A program made the position numbers and the translations under genes. A stretch of DNA of 25,470 nt. It comes from a virus (Duplodnaviria; Caudoviricetes). The notes under the pieces are model-generated. The model was not told the DNA's origin. It was given only the letters and a program-made list of their open reading frames with translations, and did not search any database. The number at the start of each line of letters is the position of its first letter. Position 1 is the first letter of the stretch. Location: IMG/VR virus record IMGVR_UViG_3300030372_004368, positions 1-25,470 of that record; one strand, given 5' to 3'. Positions 7,927-15,945 of the stretch are shown piece by piece.

Positions 7927-10677
7927 ATGGCCTTTAATAAAAAATTCTTTACAACTGGAGGCATAGTTGCTAGCAGTGCTTCAGCAGTATGTAATTCCGA
8001 ATCATTAGAACCTTTTGGCGAGGAAGCATCCTACAATAAAAACGTAGCTGTATATCAATTTGAAGACAACGCAAATGATAGTAGTGGTAATGGTCATGAT
8101 GGGACTGTTTCGGGAGTCACTTATGATGCAAGTGGTAAGTTTGGTAAGGCAGCATCATTTAATACTACCACCTCTGGAATTAATATAGGTGATATTTTTA
8201 GTTTAGGGACAACAAACGATTTTAGTTTTTCAGTTTCTCAATGGATATATTTTGATAATTTACCCTCTACAAGTGGAGCTAATTATATGGGATTATTAGG
8301 GCGTGATTCAAGTTTTGGTGGCGCATATCCAATTATTGAATTATATGTGTACAACACTGGTGGTGGTGTTTTAACGTCTTCTTTACAAAAAAACTTTAAT
8401 GGATCTTTTAATTATAATAGTGGATATAATAGCACTGCTGCGCCGCATACATTTACAACGGATACATGGTATCATCATGTTTTAACATATGATTCGTCAG
8501 ATAAAACTACTACTATATATGTAGATGGAGCAAAAATTGGCAGTTATGTTTTAAATACTAATACAGGCAGCGAAACTTTTACTGAAGAGCTAGTTATTGG
8601 TTCATATGATGCTAGCACAAATTCTTTTGATGGATTAATTGATCAAGTTCGATTTTACAGTAAAATTCTTAGCAGCGAAGAAGTTACAACTCTTTATGTA
8701 GACGAAACAGATGCTACAGCCTCAACTACAACAATTATTCCAGGCACATCTTGTATTGCTTATTATCCTTTCGATTATGATGGGCAAGATAAATCAACAA
8801 ATTACGATGGAACGCCTAGCAATGTCGAGTTTGTACAAAATGGGAAAATAAATTATTCTGCTCTTTTTAATGGAAGTAATAGTGCTATAACAAGTTCAGG
8901 AGCAGGAACTGCCCTTAATGTCGCAAGCTTTAGTGTTTCTTTATGGTTTAAGGCTAAATCAGTTCCTACTACGGGCTATGGTATGTTATTAAGTTCGTAT
9001 GATGAGAGTGGTAATGCTAGATTTTATTTTGCTTTACACGATAGTGGTTTTGAAATAGTGATATATGGTTCTTCTGTTACTTGGACACAAGAGTATGCTA
9101 GTACAGTATCTGCAAACACTTGGTATCATTTAGTAGTCACACACACAGGGACAACTACAACCACCTATTTAAATGGTTCTAGTATAAGTTCTAGTGGTAC
9201 TTCAGGGTCTGCTACAGCTATTAGGATTGCCTCATCTCCCCAAGCTTTAACTTTTGGACAATTACAAGGCTATTCAGGAACTTATCCTTATAGTGGTTTA
9301 ATGGACGAAGTAAGAATATTTAACACAGCACTTTCAGCTAGTAATGTAACAACTCTTTACGGATTAACAGCTTGTACACAAACCTGTACTACAGACACAG
9401 CAGGTTCTCCTGCTACAACAAAAGCCTATTATACGTTAGATAGTAATGTTGAAGATAGTAGTGGCAATAGTTATGATGGCACTGCGACAGATATTACATA
9501 CGCAGGAGGTAGGTTTGGTAGTGCTGCCTCATTCAATGGTAGTAGTTCAAAAATTTTACTCCCTTCAGACGTTGGAACTATATTTCAAAATAATTGGTCT
9601 TGTTCTTTGTGGCTTCAAATTGATAGTCTTTCTACTTATAGAATAGTAACTGGGTTTTGGAAATCATCTACAGCATATAGATGGGGCTTAGAGTTTGTCG
9701 AGTCTGACAATAAATTAAAGTTTTTCTTTTATACTGGAGGTGCTTCAGCAGTTAGGTCAGTTTCAACAACTACATTAAGCGTAGGCACTTGGTATCACGT
9801 TGCTGCAACTGTTAGTAGCACAGCAGGAAAAAAAATATTTATAAACGGAAATTTAGAACATACTCTAGCTGACACCGACAACTTGACAACAGACTCAACT
9901 ACAGGGGCAACTTATGAAAACTGGATTGGCAGGTCTGTTTGGAGTACAGGTGATTGGTGGGATGGCTTGATAGACCAAGTTAAATATTTTCCTTCTGTAC
10001 TAACAGATTCTCAGATGCAAGACCTATACGATAAAGAATTTCAATGCTACATTACTAAAAATGCTTCACAGCCATTTACTTCAGGCGAAGTTGCCTTTTT
10101 TAAGTTTCAAAATAATTTAACAGACAGCACAGGTAGCTATGCAGCAAGTGCTGAAAATGACGCTTATACAACGACAGACCCTGCTTTTGGAACTCACTCA
10201 CTAAGCTTTAATGATACTGATAACTATATAGATTTTGGTACGAGTGGAAAAATACCTGTCGTAGGTGTTAGTTATTGGGTAAAAATGAACGCAGCAGGAA
10301 GCGCTACTAGAGACGCAATAATCCATAGTGAAGAAACAAGCAGTACATATTTTGGTTGTGTAAGATGGGGGACGAGTGATGGTGCTACTGGGTTTTATGC
10401 GGGAGGTTCTTACTGGAATTACTCCGGTTCAGATTGGCAGTTTACAGGAAAATGGCATCATATTTATCAAGACAAAGATTTGAACGTATATCTAAATGGA
10501 GTGCAAATTAATTCAGGGTCAGCAGGGGGAACTTCACAAAATATAAGATATGTAGGAAAATATCCTACTGGCGATAGTGCTTACTATATGAACGGATATA
10601 TGGCTCAATTAAGAGTATTTAGCACAGCACTTACAGGAGACCAAGTGTGGAAGCTTTACGCAGAAAGAAATAATTAA
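7927..10677 (+). CDS. Receptor-binding/tail protein with four tandem LamG (concanavalin A-like) domains
   Basis: Four repeats of 'A.Y.F...A.D.SG..Y.G....G.FG.AA.FN ... W.H.V.T ... Y.NG ... G.IDQVR.F...L....V..LY' starting near 8047, 8758, 9424 and 10093. Confidence 0.85.
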   Translation: MAFNKKFFTTGGIVASSASAVCNSESLEPFGEEASYNKNVAVYQFEDNANDSSGNGHDGTVSGVTYDASGKFGKAASFNTTTSGINIGDIFSLGTTNDFSFSVSQWIYFDNLPSTSGANYMGLLGRDSSFGGAYPIIELYVYNTGGGVLTSSLQKNFNGSFNYNSGYNSTAAPHTFTTDTWYHHVLTYDSSDKTTTIYVDGAKIGSYVLNTNTGSETFTEELVIGSYDASTNSFDGLIDQVRFYSKILSSEEVTTLYVDETDATASTTTIIPGTSCIAYYPFDYDGQDKSTNYDGTPSNVEFVQNGKINYSALFNGSNSAITSSGAGTALNVASFSVSLWFKAKSVPTTGYGMLLSSYDESGNARFYFALHDSGFEIVIYGSSVTWTQEYASTVSANTWYHLVVTHTGTTTTTYLNGSSISSSGTSGSATAIRIASSPQALTFGQLQGYSGTYPYSGLMDEVRIFNTALSASNVTTLYGLTACTQTCTTDTAGSPATTKAYYTLDSNVEDSSGNSYDGTATDITYAGGRFGSAASFNGSSSKILLPSDVGTIFQNNWSCSLWLQIDSLSTYRIVTGFWKSSTAYRWGLEFVESDNKLKFFFYTGGASAVRSVSTTTLSVGTWYHVAATVSSTAGKKIFINGNLEHTLADTDNLTTDSTTGATYENWIGRSVWSTGDWWDGLIDQVKYFPSVLTDSQMQDLYDKEFQCYITKNASQPFTSGEVAFFKFQNNLTDSTGSYAASAENDAYTTTDPAFGTHSLSFNDTDNYIDFGTSGKIPVVGVSYWVKMNAAGSATRDAIIHSEETSSTYFGCVRWGTSDGATGFYAGGSYWNYSGSDWQFTGKWHHIYQDKDLNVYLNGVQINSGSAGGTSQNIRYVGKYPTGDSAYYMNGYMAQLRVFSTALTGDQVWKLYAERNN

Positions 10678-10689
10678 AAAACTAATAAT

Positions 10690-10857
10690 ATGGAAGATAT
10701 GGCTTATGTAAATTCAATTTTTAAGGTCTTTGCCGTGAACCTAGGAGCTTTAATTTTTAGCTCTATAGACGGCATTAACTCATTTTTGCAAACCATTGTA
10801 CTATTACTCACAATAGGGTATACAGGTTTGCTTATATACAAACAATTAAATAAATAG
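10690..10857 (+). CDS. Small 2-TM membrane protein, holin-like, 55 aa (not in ORF track)
   Basis: MEDMAYVNSIFKVFAVNLGALIFSSIDGINSFLQTIVLLLTIGYTGLLIYKQLNK*; first gene of the lysis cassette. Confidence 0.65.
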   Translation: MEDMAYVNSIFKVFAVNLGALIFSSIDGINSFLQTIVLLLTIGYTGLLIYKQLNK

Positions 10858-10868
10858 TTAAATAAGTT

Positions 10869-11315
10869 GTGATTTTTAGAAATGGCGTTGGCAAAGAATT
10901 AAGAGGATATTTTGGATCCTTATTTGTATTTCTATTTATCATAGGAGTTATCATAGCTCTTATACAATATCCAGTACTCGACACCAACAAAGAGGTAGTA
11001 ATGGTTTTAATAGGCACAATAGGAGCCTCAATTCCTGTATTAATTTCTTCAATATCAGGAACCTCCGCAACCGAAATGAGTCAATTAAAATCTTCTTTAG
11101 ATAAAAAAGAAAAGCAAATTGAATTATTAAATAAATCGAAAGATGAGTACGAGAAATTAATAATAAATCTTCAGGACAAAATGCTTAAAGGGCAGATAGA
11201 TTTAATAGATCAGTTTATGCTTAAGGCGGCCATGGATTTTGATGATAAAAAACAAAATAATAGAACAAAAAAATGCACTTGCGGAAAAGAGGAGTGCCTG
11301 TGTAAAGGTGTTTAA
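10869..11315 (+). CDS. Membrane protein (2 TM, coiled coil, Cys-rich tail), lysis-associated
   Basis: Two hydrophobic segments, a heptad-like region and C-terminal 'CTCGKEECLC'; directly upstream of the endolysin. Confidence 0.55.
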   Translation: MIFRNGVGKELRGYFGSLFVFLFIIGVIIALIQYPVLDTNKEVVMVLIGTIGASIPVLISSISGTSATEMSQLKSSLDKKEKQIELLNKSKDEYEKLIINLQDKMLKGQIDLIDQFMLKAAMDFDDKKQNNRTKKCTCGKEECLCKGV

Positions 11316-11317
11316 TT

Positions 11318-11695
11318 ATGCAATACTTTAAATATGAAGAATTTGATTCCCCTGACGAGCCTGGCTCAGGTTCTGATAACATGTGTCCTGATTTTTTGGA
11401 GCTGCTCGACTTTGCAAGGGGTCAGGCTGGAATACCCTTTAAGATCAATAGTGGATACCGAACAGAATCCCACAATAAAAAACTGGCAAAGTCATCAAAT
11501 AAGTCGTCTCATTTGGTTGGAAAAGCAGTCGATATTGCGTGCTCGAATGCGAGAGACCGATTCATTATTATTAGAGCACTCATCGATGCGGGTTTCGACA
11601 GGATTGGGGTTTCCGATTCCTTCATCCATGTCGATTCCGACACGCTTGGAAAATATGACGGTGGAAAAGTCGGGCAGGTCATTTGGACATACTAG
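11318..11695 (+). CDS. Endolysin, peptidase M15 family (Zn peptidase)
   Basis: 'INSGYR', 'SSHLVGKAVDI' (SxHxxGxAxD) and 'FIHVD' motifs. Confidence 0.9.
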   Translation: MQYFKYEEFDSPDEPGSGSDNMCPDFLELLDFARGQAGIPFKINSGYRTESHNKKLAKSSNKSSHLVGKAVDIACSNARDRFIIIRALIDAGFDRIGVSDSFIHVDSDTLGKYDGGKVGQVIWTY

Positions 11696-11750
11696 GAGCG
11701 GGACTTCAGGAAACACAATAGCCTGCAAAGCAAAATTAAAATGGAGATAA
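11334..11750 (+). CDS. Candidate overprinted lipoprotein (+1 frame inside the endolysin)
   Basis: 138 codons; MKN, a hydrophobic stretch, then 'IFWS-C' lipobox-like site; ends 6 nt before the next gene; the endolysin avoids NTA codons. Confidence 0.4.
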   Translation: MKNLIPLTSLAQVLITCVLIFWSCSTLQGVRLEYPLRSIVDTEQNPTIKNWQSHQISRLIWLEKQSILRARMRETDSLLLEHSSMRVSTGLGFPIPSSMSIPTRLENMTVEKSGRSFGHTRSGTSGNTIACKAKLKWR

Positions 11751-11756
11751 TTTTTT

Positions 11757-12170
11757 ATGTCTGACAAAAAAAAGTTTAAAGAGACGGGGGTAGGAAAGTT
11801 TTTACTCTCTAAGATCCCTTCAGTCGTCTCAAAACTTGCCAACTCTACGCCTGTAGGAGCGGTTATAGAGACGCTTATAAACGGCTCTGAGATGTCAGAC
11901 AATGACAAGCAGATAGCACTTGAAAAGCTGCGTATAGAGCGTGCTGAAATTGACGGAATAACTAGACGTTGGGTCAGCGATTCTCGCAGCCAGTCATGGC
12001 TTACTCGAAATGTCAGGCCTCTAACCTTAGCCACGCTAGTTTGTGCTTATGTGATTGGTTGGTTTTATGGTCTAGATACTGAAAACACAAAAGACCTTCT
12101 TATATGGACTCTCTCAGGATATTTTGGAATGAGATCTGTCGATAAGCTAGGCATAAAATTCAATAGATAA
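11757..12170 (+). CDS. Holin-like membrane protein (3TM-holin type)
   Basis: 'TRRW.SD..S.SWLTRNVRPLTL' followed by hydrophobic segments and 'GYFG.RS.DK'; directly downstream of the endolysin. Confidence 0.7.
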   Translation: MSDKKKFKETGVGKFLLSKIPSVVSKLANSTPVGAVIETLINGSEMSDNDKQIALEKLRIERAEIDGITRRWVSDSRSQSWLTRNVRPLTLATLVCAYVIGWFYGLDTENTKDLLIWTLSGYFGMRSVDKLGIKFNR

Positions 12171-12310
12171 TGCCTAGAAAAAACATAGGAGCTTCTCTTA
12201 TAAAAAAATCTAAGCGTGTACGAAGACCAGGAGTACATGCTAAGTCAAAAACTTCCAAGCTCAAAGCTTCTAAACTATACAAAAAAACATATAGAGCCCA
12301 GGGGAGATAA
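12170..12310 (+). CDS. Small highly basic protein, 46 aa (not in ORF track)
   Basis: MPRKNIGASLIKKSKRVRRPGVHAKSKTSKLKASKLYKKTYRAQGR*; TAATG-coupled to the holin; no acidic residues. Confidence 0.65.
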   Translation: MPRKNIGASLIKKSKRVRRPGVHAKSKTSKLKASKLYKKTYRAQGR

Positions 12311-12324
12311 CTTAAACCCTTTAC

Positions 12325-13032
12325 ATGACACAAAGACCGAGACTACACGGGAATAAATTAAAAGCATACGAACACTTAACGAAAGACGAAAGACGAATAC
12401 TAGCAATAGGAGATCTTCATTGCCCCTTTGAGCTAGATGGCTACTTTGATTTTTGCAAAGAAACTTACTCAAAATATAACTGCAATCAAGTTGTATTTAT
12501 TGGAGACATAATAGACAATCATTACAGCTCTTTTTGGCAGAGCGATCCTGATGGCTACGGAGGGGGGCACGAACTTGAGAGAGCAATCGAAGACGTACAA
12601 AAATGGGCTAAAGAGTTTCCTGTCGCAGACGTTTGCACAGGAAACCATGATCGTATAATACAAAGAAGGCTTTTCGATTCGCAAGTTCCTAAGGCGTGGA
12701 TCAAATCTTATAATGAAGTTTTAGGGACAAATTGGAACTGGGCAGAGAGAGTCGTTTATGATAATGTGCAATACATTCACGGGGAAGGTGGAACTGCTAG
12801 GACTAAGGCAAAAAACGACATGATGAGTACTGTACAAGGCCATATACATACCCAAGCATATAGCGAGTGGATGGTAGGTAGAAAATTTAGAATTGTTGCA
12901 GTTCAAACTGGATGCGGGATTGATACGACAGCATACGCAGCAGCTTATGCAAAAAACTTTAAAAAGCAAGCAATAGGATGTGCTGTAATTTTAGGAGGCC
13001 ATACTGCAATTAATTGTATGATGGATCTATAA
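12325..13032 (+). CDS. Calcineurin-like metallophosphoesterase
   Basis: Complete motif set: GDLH, GDIID, GNHD, HG, GHIH. Confidence 0.9.
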   Translation: MTQRPRLHGNKLKAYEHLTKDERRILAIGDLHCPFELDGYFDFCKETYSKYNCNQVVFIGDIIDNHYSSFWQSDPDGYGGGHELERAIEDVQKWAKEFPVADVCTGNHDRIIQRRLFDSQVPKAWIKSYNEVLGTNWNWAERVVYDNVQYIHGEGGTARTKAKNDMMSTVQGHIHTQAYSEWMVGRKFRIVAVQTGCGIDTTAYAAAYAKNFKKQAIGCAVILGGHTAINCMMDL

Positions 13033-13100
13033 AAAATAGTGAAAAAAAAGCAACCCCTCGGGGGTACTAGGTGCTCTTCTAGGTAGCTTAAAAAAGGCAC

Positions 13101-13123
13101 TTCGACCTCAGTTTCGACCTCAC
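13101..13123. repeat. Integrase arm-type site candidate, TTCGACCTCA-GT-TTCGACCTCA-C (left)
   Basis: 23-bp exact direct repeat with 13308-13330; each copy is a tandem 10-mer. Confidence 0.75.
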
Positions 13124-13156
13124 AAAAAAAAGACCCCTAGTATTTATAGGGGTTTT
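13124..13156 (-). terminator. Intrinsic terminator downstream of the tRNA 3' fragment (possibly bidirectional)
   Basis: Minus strand reads AAAACCCCTA-TAAATAC-TAGGGGTC-TTTTTTTT. Confidence 0.75.
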
Positions 13157-13167
13157 CAGAGATGGTT

Positions 13168-13186
13168 GCGGTCTGGACGGGACTCG
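13168..13186 (-). other. attP core: 3' fragment of a tRNA-Asp gene
   Basis: Reverse complement CGAGTCCCGTCCAGACCGC matches the T-loop, T-stem and acceptor 3' strand of tRNA-Asp as I recall it for Flavobacteria; adjacent to the integrase and flanked by arm repeats. Confidence 0.8.
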
Positions 13187-13307
13187 TCCCTTTGTTTTCT
13201 TTTCTTTCATATTTTATTGTTTTCTCCCATATTTACTACTAAAATAAGCCTTTTTCCGTTATAAAGTAAAATAATATAAAACAATAATTGATAATTATTG
13301 ACTATAT

Positions 13308-13330
13308 TTCGACCTCAGTTTCGACCTCAC
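13308..13330. repeat. Integrase arm-type site candidate (right)
   Basis: Exact copy of 13101-13123, ending 5 nt before the integrase ATG. Confidence 0.75.
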
Positions 13331-13335
13331 CTAAA

Positions 13336-14523
13336 ATGGGATTTTATTTAAAAAAAAGTGGAATTATTAATTTTGAAGTGTATTTACCTTCTGAAAAATA
13401 CAGGTTTAAATACTCTACAAATATAAAAATAGATCCTAAAAACTGGGATAAAACTGCTCAGAGACCAAAAAAAAAGAAGGGAGCTGTGGGAGAAAAAAAC
13501 AAAGAAATCACTCATGACCTAAATTTATATGAAGAAGTGCTAGACACTATAAAAAAAGAAAAAGGAAGGTCTCTTACAAAGCAATTTCTTAAATACGAGC
13601 TAGATAGGTTTATTAAAAAGGAAAAAATAAAAGAGGACAAAACTCTCATAGATTTTTTAGACACTTTCATCGAAGAAAAAGAAAGCCTTGGAGATGCCTC
13701 CAAAGCCTCTATAGTAAAGTATAAATACCTGAAAAATCAAATCTTAATTTTTCAAAAGAAAATGAACACTACTTACATGCTTTCTTCAATAGACAATACT
13801 TTTGGTATTGACTTTATTTCTTTTTTAAGAAAAGATCTTAAAAACTCAGACAATACTCTCTCTAGGAAAATCGGTCTTTTAAAAACATTCTTTAACTGGT
13901 GTAAAAGAAACGATATTGAGCTTCCAAAACACAACCTCGCTTCTGTAAAAAAAAGAGAGACCTCTCACATTGCAATCACAAAAAAAGATATGGACAAGCT
14001 AGAAAAGTTTGAGCTACCTCCCGACCTAGATTATGCTAGAGACTTGTTTTTAATTGGATGTCACTCAGGACAGAGATACTCAGATTATAAAAATTTCAAT
14101 ATTGCTCAGAAAAAGAGAAACTTTTTAGAGGTCAGAGCAAAAAAGACTGGGCAATTATCATATATCCCTTTGACAAAAAAATTAAAAAAGCTTTTAGATA
14201 AATATGAGTGGTCTCTTAGAATCATATCAAGTCAGAAGTTTAATCCGAAAATACAGAAGATCTTTAAGCTCATGGGATATACTAAATTAATTGAGAGAGA
14301 TCTTTACTATGGCAATTATAAAAAGACAGAAAAAGTACCTTTCTATAAAATGATTGGCAGCCATACTGCCCGCAGGTCTTTCATTACTATTGCAGGATCT
14401 AATAGCGTTCCCCACCAGGTTATCATGCAGGCGACAGGGATTAAGGATTTGAAAACTTTACAGGGATATATAAAGCTCGATAAAGAGGTTCTCTTCGATT
14501 CAATTAGTAAAGCCTTTGACTAG
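13336..14523 (+). CDS. int: Tyrosine integrase (arm-binding, SAM-like and catalytic domains)
   Basis: Likely start ATG 13336; catalytic R (GQRYSD), K (AKKT), HxxR (HTARRS) and Y (LQGY); N-terminal 'YSTNIKIDPKNWD' typical of Bacteroidota integrases. Confidence 0.9.
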   Translation: MGFYLKKSGIINFEVYLPSEKYRFKYSTNIKIDPKNWDKTAQRPKKKKGAVGEKNKEITHDLNLYEEVLDTIKKEKGRSLTKQFLKYELDRFIKKEKIKEDKTLIDFLDTFIEEKESLGDASKASIVKYKYLKNQILIFQKKMNTTYMLSSIDNTFGIDFISFLRKDLKNSDNTLSRKIGLLKTFFNWCKRNDIELPKHNLASVKKRETSHIAITKKDMDKLEKFELPPDLDYARDLFLIGCHSGQRYSDYKNFNIAQKKRNFLEVRAKKTGQLSYIPLTKKLKKLLDKYEWSLRIISSQKFNPKIQKIFKLMGYTKLIERDLYYGNYKKTEKVPFYKMIGSHTARRSFITIAGSNSVPHQVIMQATGIKDLKTLQGYIKLDKEVLFDSISKAFD

Positions 14524-15494
14524 CTTTTCAGTTTTTTAAACTCCTCTTTTACTACAGAAGCAGCTTTATTTTCTACTATGTTAGTTAGCTCTTGTCTGCT
14601 TAAAAGCTCTTTTTGAACAAAAGGCTCAAAAGTTTCCTGGATAAAGTTTGTCATGATTCGTCTCTCTTTTTCTACATGCTTCACGCTCTCTTCTAGTTTC
14701 TTCTGCATGTCGTCTATCTTATTTTCCTGGACATCTATAGAGATTTTGAAATTTTTAGCCGACTTTTCTGCGTGCTCTTTAGTTGAAGCAATTATTTTAA
14801 AATGGTTTTTTATATCTTCCTCTCTTGACTTTGCGTTTGCAGCAGCTTCCTCTGAGTAAAGAGTTAGTAAGTCTTTTCCTTTTGTCTCCATTTGATAAGA
14901 AATCGTTTCTATTACTTTTTCCCTTTGTTTAAAAAGACTTTTAAAAAACTCGTCTTGAGTTCCCTCTACAGCTTTTTTGAAATTTCTTTTAAAATCATTT
15001 ACAAACATTTCTTGATTTGAAACTAGAGCCTCTAAACTTTGTTTAGCAAATTTTACTGTGAAGTTTAATTTTTCGTCTACCTCTTCTCTCAGATCTTTAA
15101 CAACTTTAAGGACTTCGTACATTTTATCTGCCACCTTATTTAAGCTGTAGTCTTGCTCTTCTAATTTCTTCCCTACAGATCTTAGGTCTAAATAATCATG
15201 AGCCTGCTCTTTTATACTGGCCTCGGTTATAGGCTTGAGAGGGACTTCTTTGTTAATCATTTCTCCGTGACCTGTTAAAAGCCAGTCATAATTTATCTGA
15301 GGCCATCTATCTACAACCTTTTGTATCATTTTAGATGAGGGATTTTTTCTATCTGTAGCAATCGCTGTAATACTCCTAGGAGAAAGTACCCCTATTTGTC
15401 TTCCAAACTCAGACTTATTTACTCCTGACCAGTTTATGACCTCAATAAACCTTTCTACCCTGTCTGTTTCTGTGTGTTTTGTTTCTTTTTCCAT
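14520..15494 (-). CDS. CI-like repressor (N-terminal HTH) with long coiled-coil C-terminus
   Basis: 'NKSEFGRQIGV...RKNPS......V..RWPQINYDWLLTGHGEM' HTH signature; only credible minus-strand gene, divergent from the early operon. Confidence 0.75.
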   Translation of the reverse strand: MEKETKHTETDRVERFIEVINWSGVNKSEFGRQIGVLSPRSITAIATDRKNPSSKMIQKVVDRWPQINYDWLLTGHGEMINKEVPLKPITEASIKEQAHDYLDLRSVGKKLEEQDYSLNKVADKMYEVLKVVKDLREEVDEKLNFTVKFAKQSLEALVSNQEMFVNDFKRNFKKAVEGTQDEFFKSLFKQREKVIETISYQMETKGKDLLTLYSEEAAANAKSREEDIKNHFKIIASTKEHAEKSAKNFKISIDVQENKIDDMQKKLEESVKHVEKERRIMTNFIQETFEPFVQKELLSRQELTNIVENKAASVVKEEFKKLKS

Positions 15495-15533
15495 GTCAAA
15501 AATTAATAAAAATTAAATTTTTTTATCAAAATG

Positions 15534-15564
15534 TTTGTTTTTTTATTAAAAATTAATACATTTG
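15534..15564 (+). promoter_or_regulatory. Bacteroidota-type housekeeping promoter for the early lytic operon
   Basis: TTTG (15534-37), 19-nt spacer, TACATTTG (15557-64) fits TTTG-N19-21-TAnnTTTG; overlaps the palindrome TATTAA-AAA-TTAATA (15544-58), a possible operator. Confidence 0.65.
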
Positions 15565-15627
15565 TAATAAATATTCGATAAAAGTAGATAAAGCCTACTA
15601 ATAATATTTTAATAAAAATACAAATAA

Positions 15628-15945
15628 ATGACTAGAAACCAGTTTAATAGAGCAATAAGTAAGCTAAAAGATATCAACATAATTGTTGAGAAACTAACAT
15701 CTGTAAAAAATGATCCAAACAGGTTTGAGGGAGAGATTAAACGACAGACTTTCTCCGTTGACGGGTTTGATTTTATAGTACAGGGATCTGTCGAGCAAAC
15801 TTATAGCATAGAACACTCTGAGAGAAAGACATTTATCGTAGCTGTAGTACAAGAGCACGGAGAGACAATTACTATTTCTCGCTTGCAGCTAAAGAACTTA
15901 CAAAACACAATTAAAACTAGACTAACTCAAAAACAATACGCATGA
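15628..15945 (+). CDS. Hypothetical early protein
   Basis: 105-aa ORF with A-rich start, first gene after the promoter, ATGA-coupled to the next gene. Confidence 0.6.
   Translation: MTRNQFNRAISKLKDINIIVEKLTSVKNDPNRFEGEIKRQTFSVDGFDFIVQGSVEQTYSIEHSERKTFIVAVVQEHGETITISRLQLKNLQNTIKTRLTQKQYA

Noticed and set aside
7927-10677. Diversity-generating retroelement target
   Set aside because: No reverse transcriptase in the window and no near-identical TR/VR pair differing at adenines was seen; repeats are old protein-level duplications.
11495-12034. 179-aa antisense ORF, and the other minus-strand track ORFs except 14520-15494
   Set aside because: They lie opposite well-supported genes, have no recognisable motifs, and look like codon-bias shadows.
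13120-13260. Complete tRNA gene
   Set aside because: Only the 3' 19 nt are present; the D-arm and anticodon arm are replaced by AT-rich sequence.
13101-13330. 23-bp direct repeats as a mini CRISPR array
   Set aside because: Only two copies about 184 bp apart, internally tandem, flanking a tRNA fragment next to an integrase; no cas genes.
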